Source: an uncultured Bacteroidota bacterium (lineage in GTDB: Bacteria; Bacteroidota; Bacteroidia; Flavobacteriales; Flavobacteriaceae). From it: a stretch of 64,000 nt of DNA. The notes below the pieces were generated by a model. It was not told where the DNA came from and did no database searches. It saw nothing but the letters and a program-made list of their open reading frames with translations. How positions within the stretch are numbered: position 1 is the stretch's first letter; each line of letters begins with the position of its first letter. The position numbers were made by a program, and so were the translations under genes. Shown one piece after another: positions 1 to 9,213 of this stretch. The DNA lies in NCBI GenBank assembly GCA_902512755.1, contig CABXKB010000003.1, positions 2,324-66,323 on the forward strand, written 5' to 3'.

Positions 1-17
1 ATTCTTGAGTATATTGA

Positions 18-1427
18 TTAAGGGCATGAACCATTAATACGTAGGTTTAAAAAACCATATTGATCAACCAAGTATATTAAACTGGTCATGGCTGCTGCCC
101 CCAACTCGAGCTCTCTTTTGTTAATAGCATCAAAAGTATCATTAGCAGCATGATGATAATCAAAATATCTTTGTGAGTCGGGTCTTAGTCCTGAAAGTAC
201 CGTTTTTCCATTTCTTAAAGGACCTATGTCCGCTCCGCTTCCACCTAAAGTAAAACGATCAATCATATAAGGATCAAAATAGGGCTTCCATGATTTAATT
301 TTTTCAAACTGATCCTCATTAGCTTCAAAAGCAAAACCTCTTGGTGAAAATCCTCCTGCATCTGACTCTAAAGCAAAAATGTGATTTTCATTTTTTCTTT
401 TAATATTTTCAGCATAAGTTGTACCTCCACGCAATCCATTTTCTTCATTCATATATAAAACTACTCTAATAGTTCTTTTTGGTTGATAATTAATTTGTTT
501 GAAAATATTTAAAACTTCCATAGATTGAACAATTCCCGCACCATCATCATGAGCGCCATCTCCTAGATCCCAAGAGTCAAGATGTCCTCCAACTAAAATA
601 ATCTCTTCAGGAAATTCACTTCCCTTAATCTCACCAATCACATTGTGTGAAGGGACGTCAGGGTAGTTCTTACAATCCTGTTTTAGATAAAAATAAAGAT
701 CATCATTTAGTGATAACATCGAACTAAGTAATTGAGCGCCATTAGTGCTTATAGCTGAAGCTGGAATTCTCAATTTGTTTGGGAGGTCTGCATAACGCAT
801 ATTTCCTGTGTGGGGATAATCATCCATACGTAAATTCATGGAGCGAACTATAACTCCAACTGCACCAAGTCTAGCAGCTTTTTCAGCACCACTTGATCGC
901 TGATCTACAGATTTTTTATAAGCTTCAAAAGTATTTATTAAATCAGCTGGCATTGCACGATTATAAAACACAAATTTATCTCTGACATTTTCTTCACCCA
1001 AAGCTTCAAGTTCTTTAAAATCATTCACTTCAATCACCTGCGCTCTTAATCCTACTGCAGGTGTTGCAACTGATCCTCCTAAAGCACAAACTGGAACATT
1101 TATACTCATTCCAGGCCCAGTAATGATACTTGCGTATTCAAAAGTTCCTCGCACCCATTTCGGAACCATTATATTCTCCAAGTAAACACGATCAAGATTT
1201 AATTCTAAAAGTTCTTGATTTCCCCATTTTACAGCACGTTCAGCACTTAGTGAACCTGAAAGTCTACCGCCTATCTGATTAGACAAGTGATCTAACCATT
1301 CATATGCTTTTCCTTTAGTCAGTGCTTGATTATAAAAAATTTTAATTTGTTTTTCATGATAATTCTTTTGTCCAGAAAGAGGTTGAAGATAAAAGAGTAC
1401 TAAAAAAGTAAATAAAACAATTCTCAT
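18..1427 (-). CDS. M28 family metallopeptidase (secreted aminopeptidase-like)
   Basis: 469-aa ORF with an N-terminal signal peptide. Contains metal-ligand motifs HLDSWDLGDGAHDDGAGI and MNEENGLRG typical of peptidase M28. Confidence 0.85.
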   Translation of the reverse strand: MRIVLFTFLVLFYLQPLSGQKNYHEKQIKIFYNQALTKGKAYEWLDHLSNQIGGRLSGSLSAERAVKWGNQELLELNLDRVYLENIMVPKWVRGTFEYASIITGPGMSINVPVCALGGSVATPAVGLRAQVIEVNDFKELEALGEENVRDKFVFYNRAMPADLINTFEAYKKSVDQRSSGAEKAARLGAVGVIVRSMNLRMDDYPHTGNMRYADLPNKLRIPASAISTNGAQLLSSMLSLNDDLYFYLKQDCKNYPDVPSHNVIGEIKGSEFPEEIILVGGHLDSWDLGDGAHDDGAGIVQSMEVLNIFKQINYQPKRTIRVVLYMNEENGLRGGTTYAENIKRKNENHIFALESDAGGFSPRGFAFEANEDQFEKIKSWKPYFDPYMIDRFTLGGSGADIGPLRNGKTVLSGLRPDSQRYFDYHHAANDTFDAINKRELELGAAAMTSLIYLVDQYGFLNLRINGSCP

Positions 1428-1433
1428 AAATTT

Positions 1434-2597
1434 TTATTTTGGTACAAACTGAATAATATTTTCTAAACTTACAGGATTATCGCCAAGTATCATTAGACGC
1501 TCGATAACATTTCGAAGTTCCCGAACATTGCCTGTCCATGGATACTTACTAAGCTTTTCTAGTGCTTCTTCAGTAAAAGTCTTATTTTCTATCCCTTGCT
1601 CATTAGAAATTAAATTCACAAAATATTCAGTTAATATTGGAATATCTTCTATTCGATTAGACAGAGAAGGAACATTAATCATAATTACTGCAAGACGATG
1701 GTATAAATCTTCTCTAAATCGTCCTTCTTCGATTTCATTTCTTAAATCTTTATTAGTTGCTGCAATTACTCTAACATCTACTGAAATATCCTTTTCATTT
1801 CCTACTCGCTGAATTTTTTTCTCCTGTAGAGCTCGTAACACTTTTGCCTGTGCGGCCAAACTCATGTCAGCAATTTCATCTAAAAAAAGTGTGCCCATGT
1901 TAGCAGCTTCAAACTTTCCTGAACGATCCCTAACCGCAGAAGTAAAAGCCCCTTTGACATGCCCGAAAAGTTCACTCTCAATCAATTCAGAAGGTATAGC
2001 TGCGCAGTTTACTTCTACAAAATTCTCTGAATTTCGATTGCTTTGTTGATGAAGTTGATGAGCAACAAGTTCCTTACCAGTGCCATTTTCACCAGTTATT
2101 AAAATTCGAGCATCAGTAGTAGCAACTTTATGAATCATTTCCTTCATTTGAATTACAACTTTACTCTCTCCAACTATATTGTATTTTTTAGCTACTTTAA
2201 GTTTTAGCTTTTTGTTTTCCGAGCGTAAAGATTTGTTTTCTAATGCGTGCCTAACTGCTGTAAGTAATCTATTTAAGTCTGGAGGTTTAGAAATAAAATC
2301 ATAAGCCCCGAGTTTCATAGCTTCAACAGCAGTTTCGATATTTCCATGCCCAGTAAGCATAATAAATGGGATGCCTATTTTTTTACTATTTGCTTTTTGA
2401 AGTACCTCAATACCATCCATTTTAGGCATTTTTATGTCACAAAGAACTAAATCAAAAGGCTGCTTTTCTAGTAAATTCAAACCTATTTTACCATCTTTAG
2501 CTTCTGTAATTTCATACTGCCCATTTTCTTCGTATAATATTCGGACCAAAACTCTGCGAATTGGTTCTTCATCTTCAATAAGTAATATTCGAATCAT
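1434..2597 (-). CDS. Sigma-54-dependent response regulator (REC + AAA+ domains, no C-terminal HTH)
   Basis: REC domain (LLIEDEE...DLVLCDIKMPKMDG). Walker A GENGTGKE, GAFTSA (GAFTGA-like sigma-54 contact loop) and VRELRN near the C-terminus. Only about 16 aa follow, so there is no Fis-type DNA-binding domain. Confidence 0.85.
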   Translation of the reverse strand: MIRILLIEDEEPIRRVLVRILYEENGQYEITEAKDGKIGLNLLEKQPFDLVLCDIKMPKMDGIEVLQKANSKKIGIPFIMLTGHGNIETAVEAMKLGAYDFISKPPDLNRLLTAVRHALENKSLRSENKKLKLKVAKKYNIVGESKVVIQMKEMIHKVATTDARILITGENGTGKELVAHQLHQQSNRNSENFVEVNCAAIPSELIESELFGHVKGAFTSAVRDRSGKFEAANMGTLFLDEIADMSLAAQAKVLRALQEKKIQRVGNEKDISVDVRVIAATNKDLRNEIEEGRFREDLYHRLAVIMINVPSLSNRIEDIPILTEYFVNLISNEQGIENKTFTEEALEKLSKYPWTGNVRELRNVIERLMILGDNPVSLENIIQFVPK

Positions 2598-3442
2598 TTT
2601 AGTGCTTTTGGTGAATTTAAAAAACTAATCGTACGTTGGGGAAAAGGAATGTCTATCTTTTCTTTCTTAAAAGCTTTGAAAATAGCATATCGTATTTCAC
2701 TTTTAACAATATTTGATTCAAAACTGCTTCGAAGCGCAAAAAAAAGTTGAAACTTTAAGGCATCGTCTCCAAAATCTTCAAATATTACAAAAGGTTTAGG
2801 TTTTTCAAGGATTTTATTATTTTTCCCCGCCAAAGCTAATAAAAGTTCAGTGACTTTATCTATATCAGTTTGATATGAAACTCCAACAGCAACACTTTCT
2901 TTAGTAATCACACCATTTTCAGTCCAGTTAAAAAGAGTGGAAATTAAAAATTTATGGTTTGGAATTATTAATACTTTATTTTCACGAGTGACTGCTCTTG
3001 TAGTGCGAAGTTTTATGTTTTCAACCTTCCCAACTTGTCCTTCTACTTCGATTATATCACCCACATGTACTGATTGATCTACAAGTATAAAAATTCCAGA
3101 AATAATATCTTGAATAAAGGTTTGTAAAGCTAGACCTACTCCGACTAATAAAGCTGCTGAAGCTGCAAAAATTGCTGTTAAATTTACACCGATATTTTGG
3201 AAAGTAATCAGTATTACTATAATGTAAATAAAATAATTGATGAAAGAAAAGACACTTCTGAATTTTATTTTAGCATCATTAGAGAGGGTGCGATAAATTA
3301 TTTTTCTAAGAAGCTTAAGCAAAAGTGAGGTGGTAATAAAAACTAAAACAACTATCAAAATTGACTTGGGCGAAAAAGAAATAGAATTTCCTATAGTGAA
3401 ATTATGATTAAAGAAATCCAATATTTTGTTAATAACCTTCAT
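2594..3442 (-). CDS. Mechanosensitive ion channel family protein (MscS-like)
   Basis: 282 aa with three N-terminal TM helices followed by an MscS beta-domain-like core (GDIIEVEGQVGKVENIKLRTT). Its stop overlaps the start of the response regulator (ATGA). Confidence 0.8.
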   Translation of the reverse strand: MKVINKILDFFNHNFTIGNSISFSPKSILIVVLVFITTSLLLKLLRKIIYRTLSNDAKIKFRSVFSFINYFIYIIVILITFQNIGVNLTAIFAASAALLVGVGLALQTFIQDIISGIFILVDQSVHVGDIIEVEGQVGKVENIKLRTTRAVTRENKVLIIPNHKFLISTLFNWTENGVITKESVAVGVSYQTDIDKVTELLLALAGKNNKILEKPKPFVIFEDFGDDALKFQLFFALRSSFESNIVKSEIRYAIFKAFKKEKIDIPFPQRTISFLNSPKALK

Positions 3443-3461
3443 CTATATACAAAGTTACTAT

Positions 3462-3492
3462 AAAAACAAAACCCACCCTTGTGAAAGGATGG
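3462..3492 (-). terminator. Rho-independent terminator downstream of dnaJ
   Basis: On the minus strand, CCCATCCTT-TCAC-AAGGGTGGG is followed by TTTTGTTTTT. Confidence 0.6.
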
Positions 3493-3583
3493 GAAAAAAT
3501 TGCTATGAAAAAGAAAAATAATACTAATAAATTATTAGTAGTATTAATCCAAATATATTGTTTTTTTTTAAATCAGAACTTTT

Positions 3584-4684
3584 TTAGGCGAACATATCCT
3601 TTACTTTTTCAAAAAAGGACTTGTCTGATTTCTCTGGATGAGGAATAAAGTTTGAGTCTGACTGCATTTTCTCAAAAAATTGACGCTGTTCCTTATTTAA
3701 GGTCTTTGGCGTCCATACATTAACATGAACCAATAAATCGCCATTACCGTAACCATTTAAACTAGGTAAACCCTTACTTCTTAATCGAAGTGTTTTTCCA
3801 GATTGAATTCCAGATTCTAGTTTAATTCTTGCTTTACCGTCAAGTAAATTTAAGTCTTTTGAAATTCCTAGTACAGCTTCAGATATACTGATATACAGGT
3901 CATAGTGAAGGTGATTTCCTTCTCGAACAAATACATTATTGGGTAATTCTTCAATTAAGACCAATAGATCTCCTGAGATTCCATTAGCTGCAGCATCGTT
4001 TCCTTTACCACTAACTTTTAATTGCATTCCCTCCTCTACACCTGCTGGTATTTTTATTGATACCGTTTCTTCCTTTCTAATCATCCCTTGGGCATCTGAT
4101 CCTGATGGGCGATTAAGCAATACTTTTCCACTTCCACTACAAGTTGAACAGGTAGCTGCGGTTTGCATGCGTCCTAAAATCGTATTAGTAATTTTCATTA
4201 CTTGACCTTTACCGTTACAAGCGGAACAAGAACCATATTTAACTCCTTGGGCTTTTACTTTTCGTGGAACTTTAATTTTCTTTTCTACACCAGTGGCAAT
4301 CTCTTCTAAAGTTAGTTTAACTCTAATGCGCATGTCAGAACCTTTAGACCTACTTTGTCCTCCACCGCCAAAACCTCCTCCGAAAGCACTACCAAAAATA
4401 TCACCAAATTGACTAAAGATATCATCCATGTTCATGCCTCCCTGACCAAAGCCTTGAGCTCCTTCAAAAGCAGCATGACCATATTGATCATATTTGGTTC
4501 GTTTATCTTGATCCCCTAAGATTTCATAGGCCTCAGCTGCTTTTTTAAAATTAGCTTCGGCAACTCTATCATCTGGATTTTTATCTGGATGAAATTCAAT
4601 AGCTTTTTTTCTGTACGCCTTTTTTATTTCAGCTGAACTAGCATTCTTAGAAATCCCTAATATATCGTAATAGTCTTCTTTCAT
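3584..4684 (-). CDS. dnaJ: Molecular chaperone DnaJ
   Basis: J domain with HPD motif (DYYDILGI...FHPDKNP), a G/F-rich linker, CxxCxGxG zinc-finger repeats (CSACNGKG, CSTCSGSG) and a C-terminal substrate-binding domain. Confidence 0.95.
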   Translation of the reverse strand: MKEDYYDILGISKNASSAEIKKAYRKKAIEFHPDKNPDDRVAEANFKKAAEAYEILGDQDKRTKYDQYGHAAFEGAQGFGQGGMNMDDIFSQFGDIFGSAFGGGFGGGGQSRSKGSDMRIRVKLTLEEIATGVEKKIKVPRKVKAQGVKYGSCSACNGKGQVMKITNTILGRMQTAATCSTCSGSGKVLLNRPSGSDAQGMIRKEETVSIKIPAGVEEGMQLKVSGKGNDAAANGISGDLLVLIEELPNNVFVREGNHLHYDLYISISEAVLGISKDLNLLDGKARIKLESGIQSGKTLRLRSKGLPSLNGYGNGDLLVHVNVWTPKTLNKEQRQFFEKMQSDSNFIPHPEKSDKSFFEKVKDMFA

Positions 4685-4686
4685 AA

Positions 4687-5199
4687 TTATTGTCCTACGA
4701 CCACTTTTGGATAACGAATGATTCGATCACCCAATTGGTAACCAACATCAATAATATCGATGATTTTCCCTTTTTCTTTTTCACTAGGCGCAGGGATTTG
4801 GGTTACAGCTTCATGTAACTCAGCATCAAAATCATCTCCAATTTTAACTTCGGTAGGATTCAAACCATTATTTTTTAAAACCTCTTGAAGCTTGTTATAA
4901 ATTAATTGGATTCCCTCTTGATCAACTAATCCATTTTCTTTCTCCATTTGCTGATTAGCTCTGTCAAAGTCATCCAGAATTGGGATAAGGGCACTAATTA
5001 CCTCTTGGTTTGCTGTTTTATATAGTTCAATACGCTCTTTCGAGGTTCGCTTTTTATAATTTTCAAATTCAGCAAAAAGTCTGAGATATTTGTCTTTTTC
5101 TTCATTTAAAGCTAGACCGAGTTCTTTTATTTTAATATCTGCTTTAGGTTTGGTCTCCTTTTTCTTTGTTACCTTTTTTGGAGCTACTTTTTTAGTCAT
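4687..5199 (-). CDS. grpE: Nucleotide exchange factor GrpE
   Basis: 170 aa with GrpE-like coiled coil and C-terminal beta domain (YLRLFAEFENYKKR...GYQLGDRIIRYPKVVV). Lies directly upstream of dnaJ. Confidence 0.9.
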   Translation of the reverse strand: MTKKVAPKKVTKKKETKPKADIKIKELGLALNEEKDKYLRLFAEFENYKKRTSKERIELYKTANQEVISALIPILDDFDRANQQMEKENGLVDQEGIQLIYNKLQEVLKNNGLNPTEVKIGDDFDAELHEAVTQIPAPSEKEKGKIIDIIDVGYQLGDRIIRYPKVVVGQ

Positions 5200-5262
5200 T
5201 TAATTCTAAATTTATAATTGTCTTTTACAAAAGTTTTGCCACAATCAAAAAGTGTCATAATG

Positions 5263-6186
5263 TCACTCTTTAGGGGGGTCTATAATATCCTTCATAGCTT
5301 TATTTATTTCAGGATATAGAAATATATAGTTCTTACTTATTAACTTATTAGCACTAATCCAATGACTATCTAGAAGCAAACTACTCATTTTACCAACTAA
5401 AATTTTTAATAATGTTTTAGGAATTGGAGGTAAGAAATAAGGTCGGTTTAATGCTTTTGCTAGAGATCCAATGAAATCTGCTTGGTTAACTGGATTGGGT
5501 GCTACTATATTAAATATGCCTTCCCATTGTTCATGACATGCCTTTAAAAAAACTCCTACAACATCTGAAATATGAATCCATGATTGACCTTGTTTTCCAT
5601 TTCCAAATGCTGCACCTAAACCGAAAGCTGTAGGAATTTTCAAAGGGCCTAAAACACCACCCTTATTACTCAAGACTAATCCAATTCTCATTTTGGCCAC
5701 TTTAATATTTATTGAAGAGAAGGTATCAACTTCTTTTTCCCATGCAATTACAACTTCTTGCATAAAAGAGTTTGGTTGAACTTTAGCTGTTTCGGTGAAT
5801 ATTTTTTCAAAATCTGAAGGATAAATTCCTACAGCAGAAGCTGAAACAATTTGTTTAACCTGATGTTCAGATCCTAATCTCTTCAAGCTTGAAAGCAATA
5901 AACGTGTAGAGTCTATGCGGCTAGAAAAAATCAATTTTCTATAAGAGGAAGTCCAAAGTTTGGAAATACTTGCGCCAGCGAAGTGAATAATTATATCTAC
6001 CCCCAAAAAACAGTCAGAATTCAAATCTCCATAAGATGGGTCCCAATAAAAACCTTGAGCTTTATTTAAACAATTTATCTTGGATTTTTTTGTAGTTAAA
6101 AAATTTATTTGAATTCCTTGGGATAAAGCAATATCAACAAATGAACGACCAATTAAACCAGTTGCACCAGTAATGAGTATTTTCAT
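5263..6186 (-). CDS. TIGR01777/YfcH-like NAD-dependent epimerase family protein
   Basis: Rossmann motif KILITGATGLIGRS and a DUF1731-like C-terminal region. The ORF track starts at 6210, but the Met at 6186 sits just before the Rossmann fold and is the more likely start. Confidence 0.7.
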   Translation of the reverse strand: MKILITGATGLIGRSFVDIALSQGIQINFLTTKKSKINCLNKAQGFYWDPSYGDLNSDCFLGVDIIIHFAGASISKLWTSSYRKLIFSSRIDSTRLLLSSLKRLGSEHQVKQIVSASAVGIYPSDFEKIFTETAKVQPNSFMQEVVIAWEKEVDTFSSINIKVAKMRIGLVLSNKGGVLGPLKIPTAFGLGAAFGNGKQGQSWIHISDVVGVFLKACHEQWEGIFNIVAPNPVNQADFIGSLAKALNRPYFLPPIPKTLLKILVGKMSSLLLDSHWISANKLISKNYIFLYPEINKAMKDIIDPPKE

Positions 6187-6210
6187 TAATTTTTTATTAA
6201 AAATAAACAA

Positions 6211-6897
6211 TTACTTCTTTACAGCTCTTAACATTTCCCTTTTCCCTGGGGGGCCTGGTAATCGGTAAACACTGAAACCAACTTCTTTCAGACCTCTTCT
6301 GACACTTCCTTTAGAACAATAGCTTACCCACGCTCCTCCTGGGTTTAATAAACTATAACATTTTTTCATCAACTCTGGCTCCCATAATTCTGGCTGTACA
6401 TGAGCTCCAAATGCATCATAATAAATTAAATCAAAAAACTTCTGAGATTTATAATCTTCAAAACAAATTTTCTTTTTTGTAATTCTAAAATGGGGAGATA
6501 CTTTGTGAGTCTCTTCCCAAGATATGGTAGAAAACTTATTAAAAGTCATTAAGTCCTTTGAATTCTCAAAGAACTGGTCGTAATTAAGTAGGTTTACCTC
6601 CTCGATTGTCAAAGGATATGGCTCAAGGGAAGTATAATTTATAAACCTATTCATTCTATCAGCTTCCAAAAAGCTCATATAGGTCATTAAACCAGTTCCG
6701 TATCCTAGTTCTAAAATATTACATTCCCTATCTTTATTTTTTTGAGTCCAAAAATTAAACCCTTCCGTTATATAGACAAAATGAGATTCTGTAATTGCCC
6801 CATTTAAAGAGTGATAGTTTTCTTTCAAGTCTTCCATACGATAAGTTGTTGAACCATCTTCGGTCTTAATTTGTTTTTTACTATAGTTCATACTCAA
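6211..6897 (-). CDS. mnmD: tRNA 5-methylaminomethyl-2-thiouridine methyltransferase MnmD-like (SAM-dependent)
   Basis: SAM-binding ILELGYGTGL plus the FDLIYYDAFGAHVQPELW motif characteristic of the MnmC/MnmD methyltransferase domain. Confidence 0.65.
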   Translation of the reverse strand: MSMNYSKKQIKTEDGSTTYRMEDLKENYHSLNGAITESHFVYITEGFNFWTQKNKDRECNILELGYGTGLMTYMSFLEADRMNRFINYTSLEPYPLTIEEVNLLNYDQFFENSKDLMTFNKFSTISWEETHKVSPHFRITKKKICFEDYKSQKFFDLIYYDAFGAHVQPELWEPELMKKCYSLLNPGGAWVSYCSKGSVRRGLKEVGFSVYRLPGPPGKREMLRAVKK

Positions 6898-7057
6898 AAA
6901 ATTAAATGACGTAAATATGAATTTATTTTAAAAAATAATTAATGAAACTTTAATTTATTAAGAATTTCATAATTGAATAAAAATTATTGTAATTCTTAAT
7001 CCTAGCCTATTGTATTATTTTAAAAAAAACTAATTTTACTTTTAAACGAATTCCAAA

Positions 7058-8107
7058 GTGATAAAAATTCAACAAATTTCAAAATCAAAAATCGAAAGTG
7101 TCGATTTTGATAACCTAGTTTTTGGAAAAACGTTCACAGATCATATGTTTATTTGTCATTATAAAGAAAGTAAATGGCAACCACCAGAAATCAAACCTTA
7201 TGAGCCCTTAACATTAGATCCTTCTGCAAGCGTTTTGCATTATGGACAGGCTGTTTTTGAGGGTATGAAAGCCTTTAAAGATCTTCAAGAAAAAATTTGG
7301 CTTTTTCGACCTGATGAAAATTACAAAAGAATTAACCGTTCTGCTCATCGTCTTCAAATACCTGAGTTTCCTGAAAAATATTTTTTTGAAGGAATTAAAC
7401 AACTTTTAAAACTTGATGAAGCATGGATAAAACAAGGAGAAGGAAATTCATTATATATAAGGCCTTTTGTTTTTGCTAGTCAATCTACCGTTCAAGCAAC
7501 TGCTTCAGATGAATATATTTTTATGATTATATGTGCCCCTGTAAGTACATATTATTCAGGAGGAGAAATTAATGTTTTAATTGCTGAACAATACAGTAGA
7601 GCTGCTAATGGTGGCGTAGGTTTTGCTAAAGCTGCAGGAAATTATGCTGCCCAATTTTATCCCACCTCTGAAGCATTGAAAAAAGGATTTCAACAAATTA
7701 TTTGGACTGATGCTAATAAACATGAGTACCTTGAAGAGGCTGGTACAATGAATATTTTTTTTAAAATAAATGATTCTTTAATTACAGCTCCTACAAATGA
7801 CCGGATACTAGATGGGGTTACACGTAAAAGCATTATTGAAATTGCAAAAGGTAATGGCATTCATGTAGAAGAACGACCAATAAAAGTAAGCGAAATTATA
7901 AAAGCATATGAAAATGGAAATCTTCAAGAAATTTTTGGAACAGGAACTGCTGTGGTAGTATTACCTATTAGTAGTTTTTCATACCGTGGTATATCCTACA
8001 AAACTTTAGGTACAAATAATACAGCAATAACTCTAAAAAAACAGCTAGTGGGTATTCAGTACAATCAACTTAAGGATTCTTTTAATTGGACTGTAAAAAT
8101 TGATTAA
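7058..8107 (+). CDS. ilvE: Branched-chain amino acid aminotransferase
   Basis: 349 aa, class IV aminotransferase motifs (HYGQAVFEGMKAF, LYIRPF, GTGTAVVV). GTG start. Confidence 0.9.
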   Translation: MIKIQQISKSKIESVDFDNLVFGKTFTDHMFICHYKESKWQPPEIKPYEPLTLDPSASVLHYGQAVFEGMKAFKDLQEKIWLFRPDENYKRINRSAHRLQIPEFPEKYFFEGIKQLLKLDEAWIKQGEGNSLYIRPFVFASQSTVQATASDEYIFMIICAPVSTYYSGGEINVLIAEQYSRAANGGVGFAKAAGNYAAQFYPTSEALKKGFQQIIWTDANKHEYLEEAGTMNIFFKINDSLITAPTNDRILDGVTRKSIIEIAKGNGIHVEERPIKVSEIIKAYENGNLQEIFGTGTAVVVLPISSFSYRGISYKTLGTNNTAITLKKQLVGIQYNQLKDSFNWTVKID

Positions 8108-8496
8108 GTTTCCTTCAAAATCTTTTGAATATTAGGTTTAAAATAGTTAGGTCCCTTTAACACTTTACCGTCTTCACGATATATTGGCTTTCCATCAGTT
8201 CCAAGTTTACTCATATTGCTACGCTGAATTTCGTCAAAAATAGATTCAATTTTATCCTGAAAACCATGAGCAATGATCGTTCCGCACAATATATATAGCA
8301 TATCACCTAGCGCATCTCCAATTTCTACTAGGTCATTAGTTTGAGCCGCCTCTAAATACTCTTCATTTTCTTCTTTCATAAGATCAAATCGTAATTTGGA
8401 AATTGATTTGGGTAATTTTGCGTTAGGTTTGTCCTCTATTCCAAGACCGAAAGCATTATGGAAATCCTTTACCGCTTGTATTGGTTTATTAATCAT
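8104..8496 (-). CDS. MazG-like nucleoside triphosphate pyrophosphohydrolase family protein
   Basis: 130 aa all-alpha protein with an EExxE...D motif pattern (LMKEENEEYLEA ... EIGDALGDMLY) like the MazG / phosphoribosyl-ATP pyrophosphatase fold. Confidence 0.55.
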   Translation of the reverse strand: MINKPIQAVKDFHNAFGLGIEDKPNAKLPKSISKLRFDLMKEENEEYLEAAQTNDLVEIGDALGDMLYILCGTIIAHGFQDKIESIFDEIQRSNMSKLGTDGKPIYREDGKVLKGPNYFKPNIQKILKET

Positions 8497-8553
8497 ATTT
8501 TAATTCTGTTTTAAATGGATTTTTTATTTCTAAATTAGTTAAAAAATTATGAG

Positions 8554-8742
8554 ATGTTTTCATTTGGCCAATTGATTTTTGGAATATGCTTTTTTGTTGT
8601 TTTTGTAATAATGGTAATATTTTCATATAAAGCTGATAAAAAAAAACAACCCAAATATTTCAAAGGGAGCTATAAGGTTTTAATAGGGTTTTTAATAGCT
8701 TTTAGCCTATTAGTATTTATTAAACATGTTACTCAGCAATGA
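8554..8742 (+). CDS. Small two-TM membrane protein, translationally coupled to crcB
   Basis: 62 aa with two hydrophobic helices separated by KADKKKQPK. Its stop overlaps the crcB ATG (ATGA). Confidence 0.4.
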   Translation: MFSFGQLIFGICFFVVFVIMVIFSYKADKKKQPKYFKGSYKVLIGFLIAFSLLVFIKHVTQQ

Positions 8743-9116
8743 AAAGCTTTTTATATGTTTTTGTAGGAGGAGGATTAGGAAGCCTTTTTCGTTTTGCAAT
8801 CTCAAAACTTATGACTGTTTCTAAATATAACTTTCCATGGGCTACCTTTTTTTCTAATCTAATAGGGTGTTTTCTTATTGGACTATTATTGGGATGGGCA
8901 ATTAAAAACAATAGTCAACGCTCAGAATTATATTTCTTTTTAGTCGTTGGTTTTTGTGGTGGATTGACGACCTTTTCAAGTTTCAGCCTCGAGGGTCTAA
9001 CATTTTTAAGATCAGGAGATTATACAAATTTTATTGGCTACACTTTAAGTAGTATTATTGGAGGCATTGCCTTTGTCAGTCTCGGGTATTATATCTTTCG
9101 ATTAGGAAGTTCATGA
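8739..9116 (+). CDS. crcB: Fluoride ion channel CrcB/FluC
   Basis: 125 aa, four TM helices, motifs GGGLGSLFRF and GFCGGLTTFSSF. Confidence 0.9.
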   Translation: MKSFLYVFVGGGLGSLFRFAISKLMTVSKYNFPWATFFSNLIGCFLIGLLLGWAIKNNSQRSELYFFLVVGFCGGLTTFSSFSLEGLTFLRSGDYTNFIGYTLSSIIGGIAFVSLGYYIFRLGSS

Positions 9117-9165
9117 TCATAATTGTTTTTTACATGATTCTCAATAAACATTTAATTTTTTATTA

Positions 9166-9187
9166 TACCCTAATTTTTTAGGGGTTA
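9166..9187. promoter_or_regulatory. GC-cored palindrome TACCCTAATTTTTTAGGGGTTA (candidate nitrogen-regulon operator or hairpin), site 1
   Basis: Inverted repeat ACCCTAA/TTAGGGGT in the amt-operon leader. The same element occurs at 21813-21835. Confidence 0.45.
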
Positions 9188-9213
9188 AAATTAAACTAAA
9201 TATAAAAATTTAC

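Noticed and set aside
5226-5241. Sigma-54-like -24/-12 element on the minus strand upstream of grpE (TGGCAAAACTTTTGTA, correct GG-to-G spacing), of interest given the nearby sigma-54 activator.
   Set aside because: The conserved -12 GC is GT. The same bases also approximate the ordinary Bacteroidota -7 box (AACTTTTG versus TAnnTTTG). Evidence is insufficient without TSS data or further copies.
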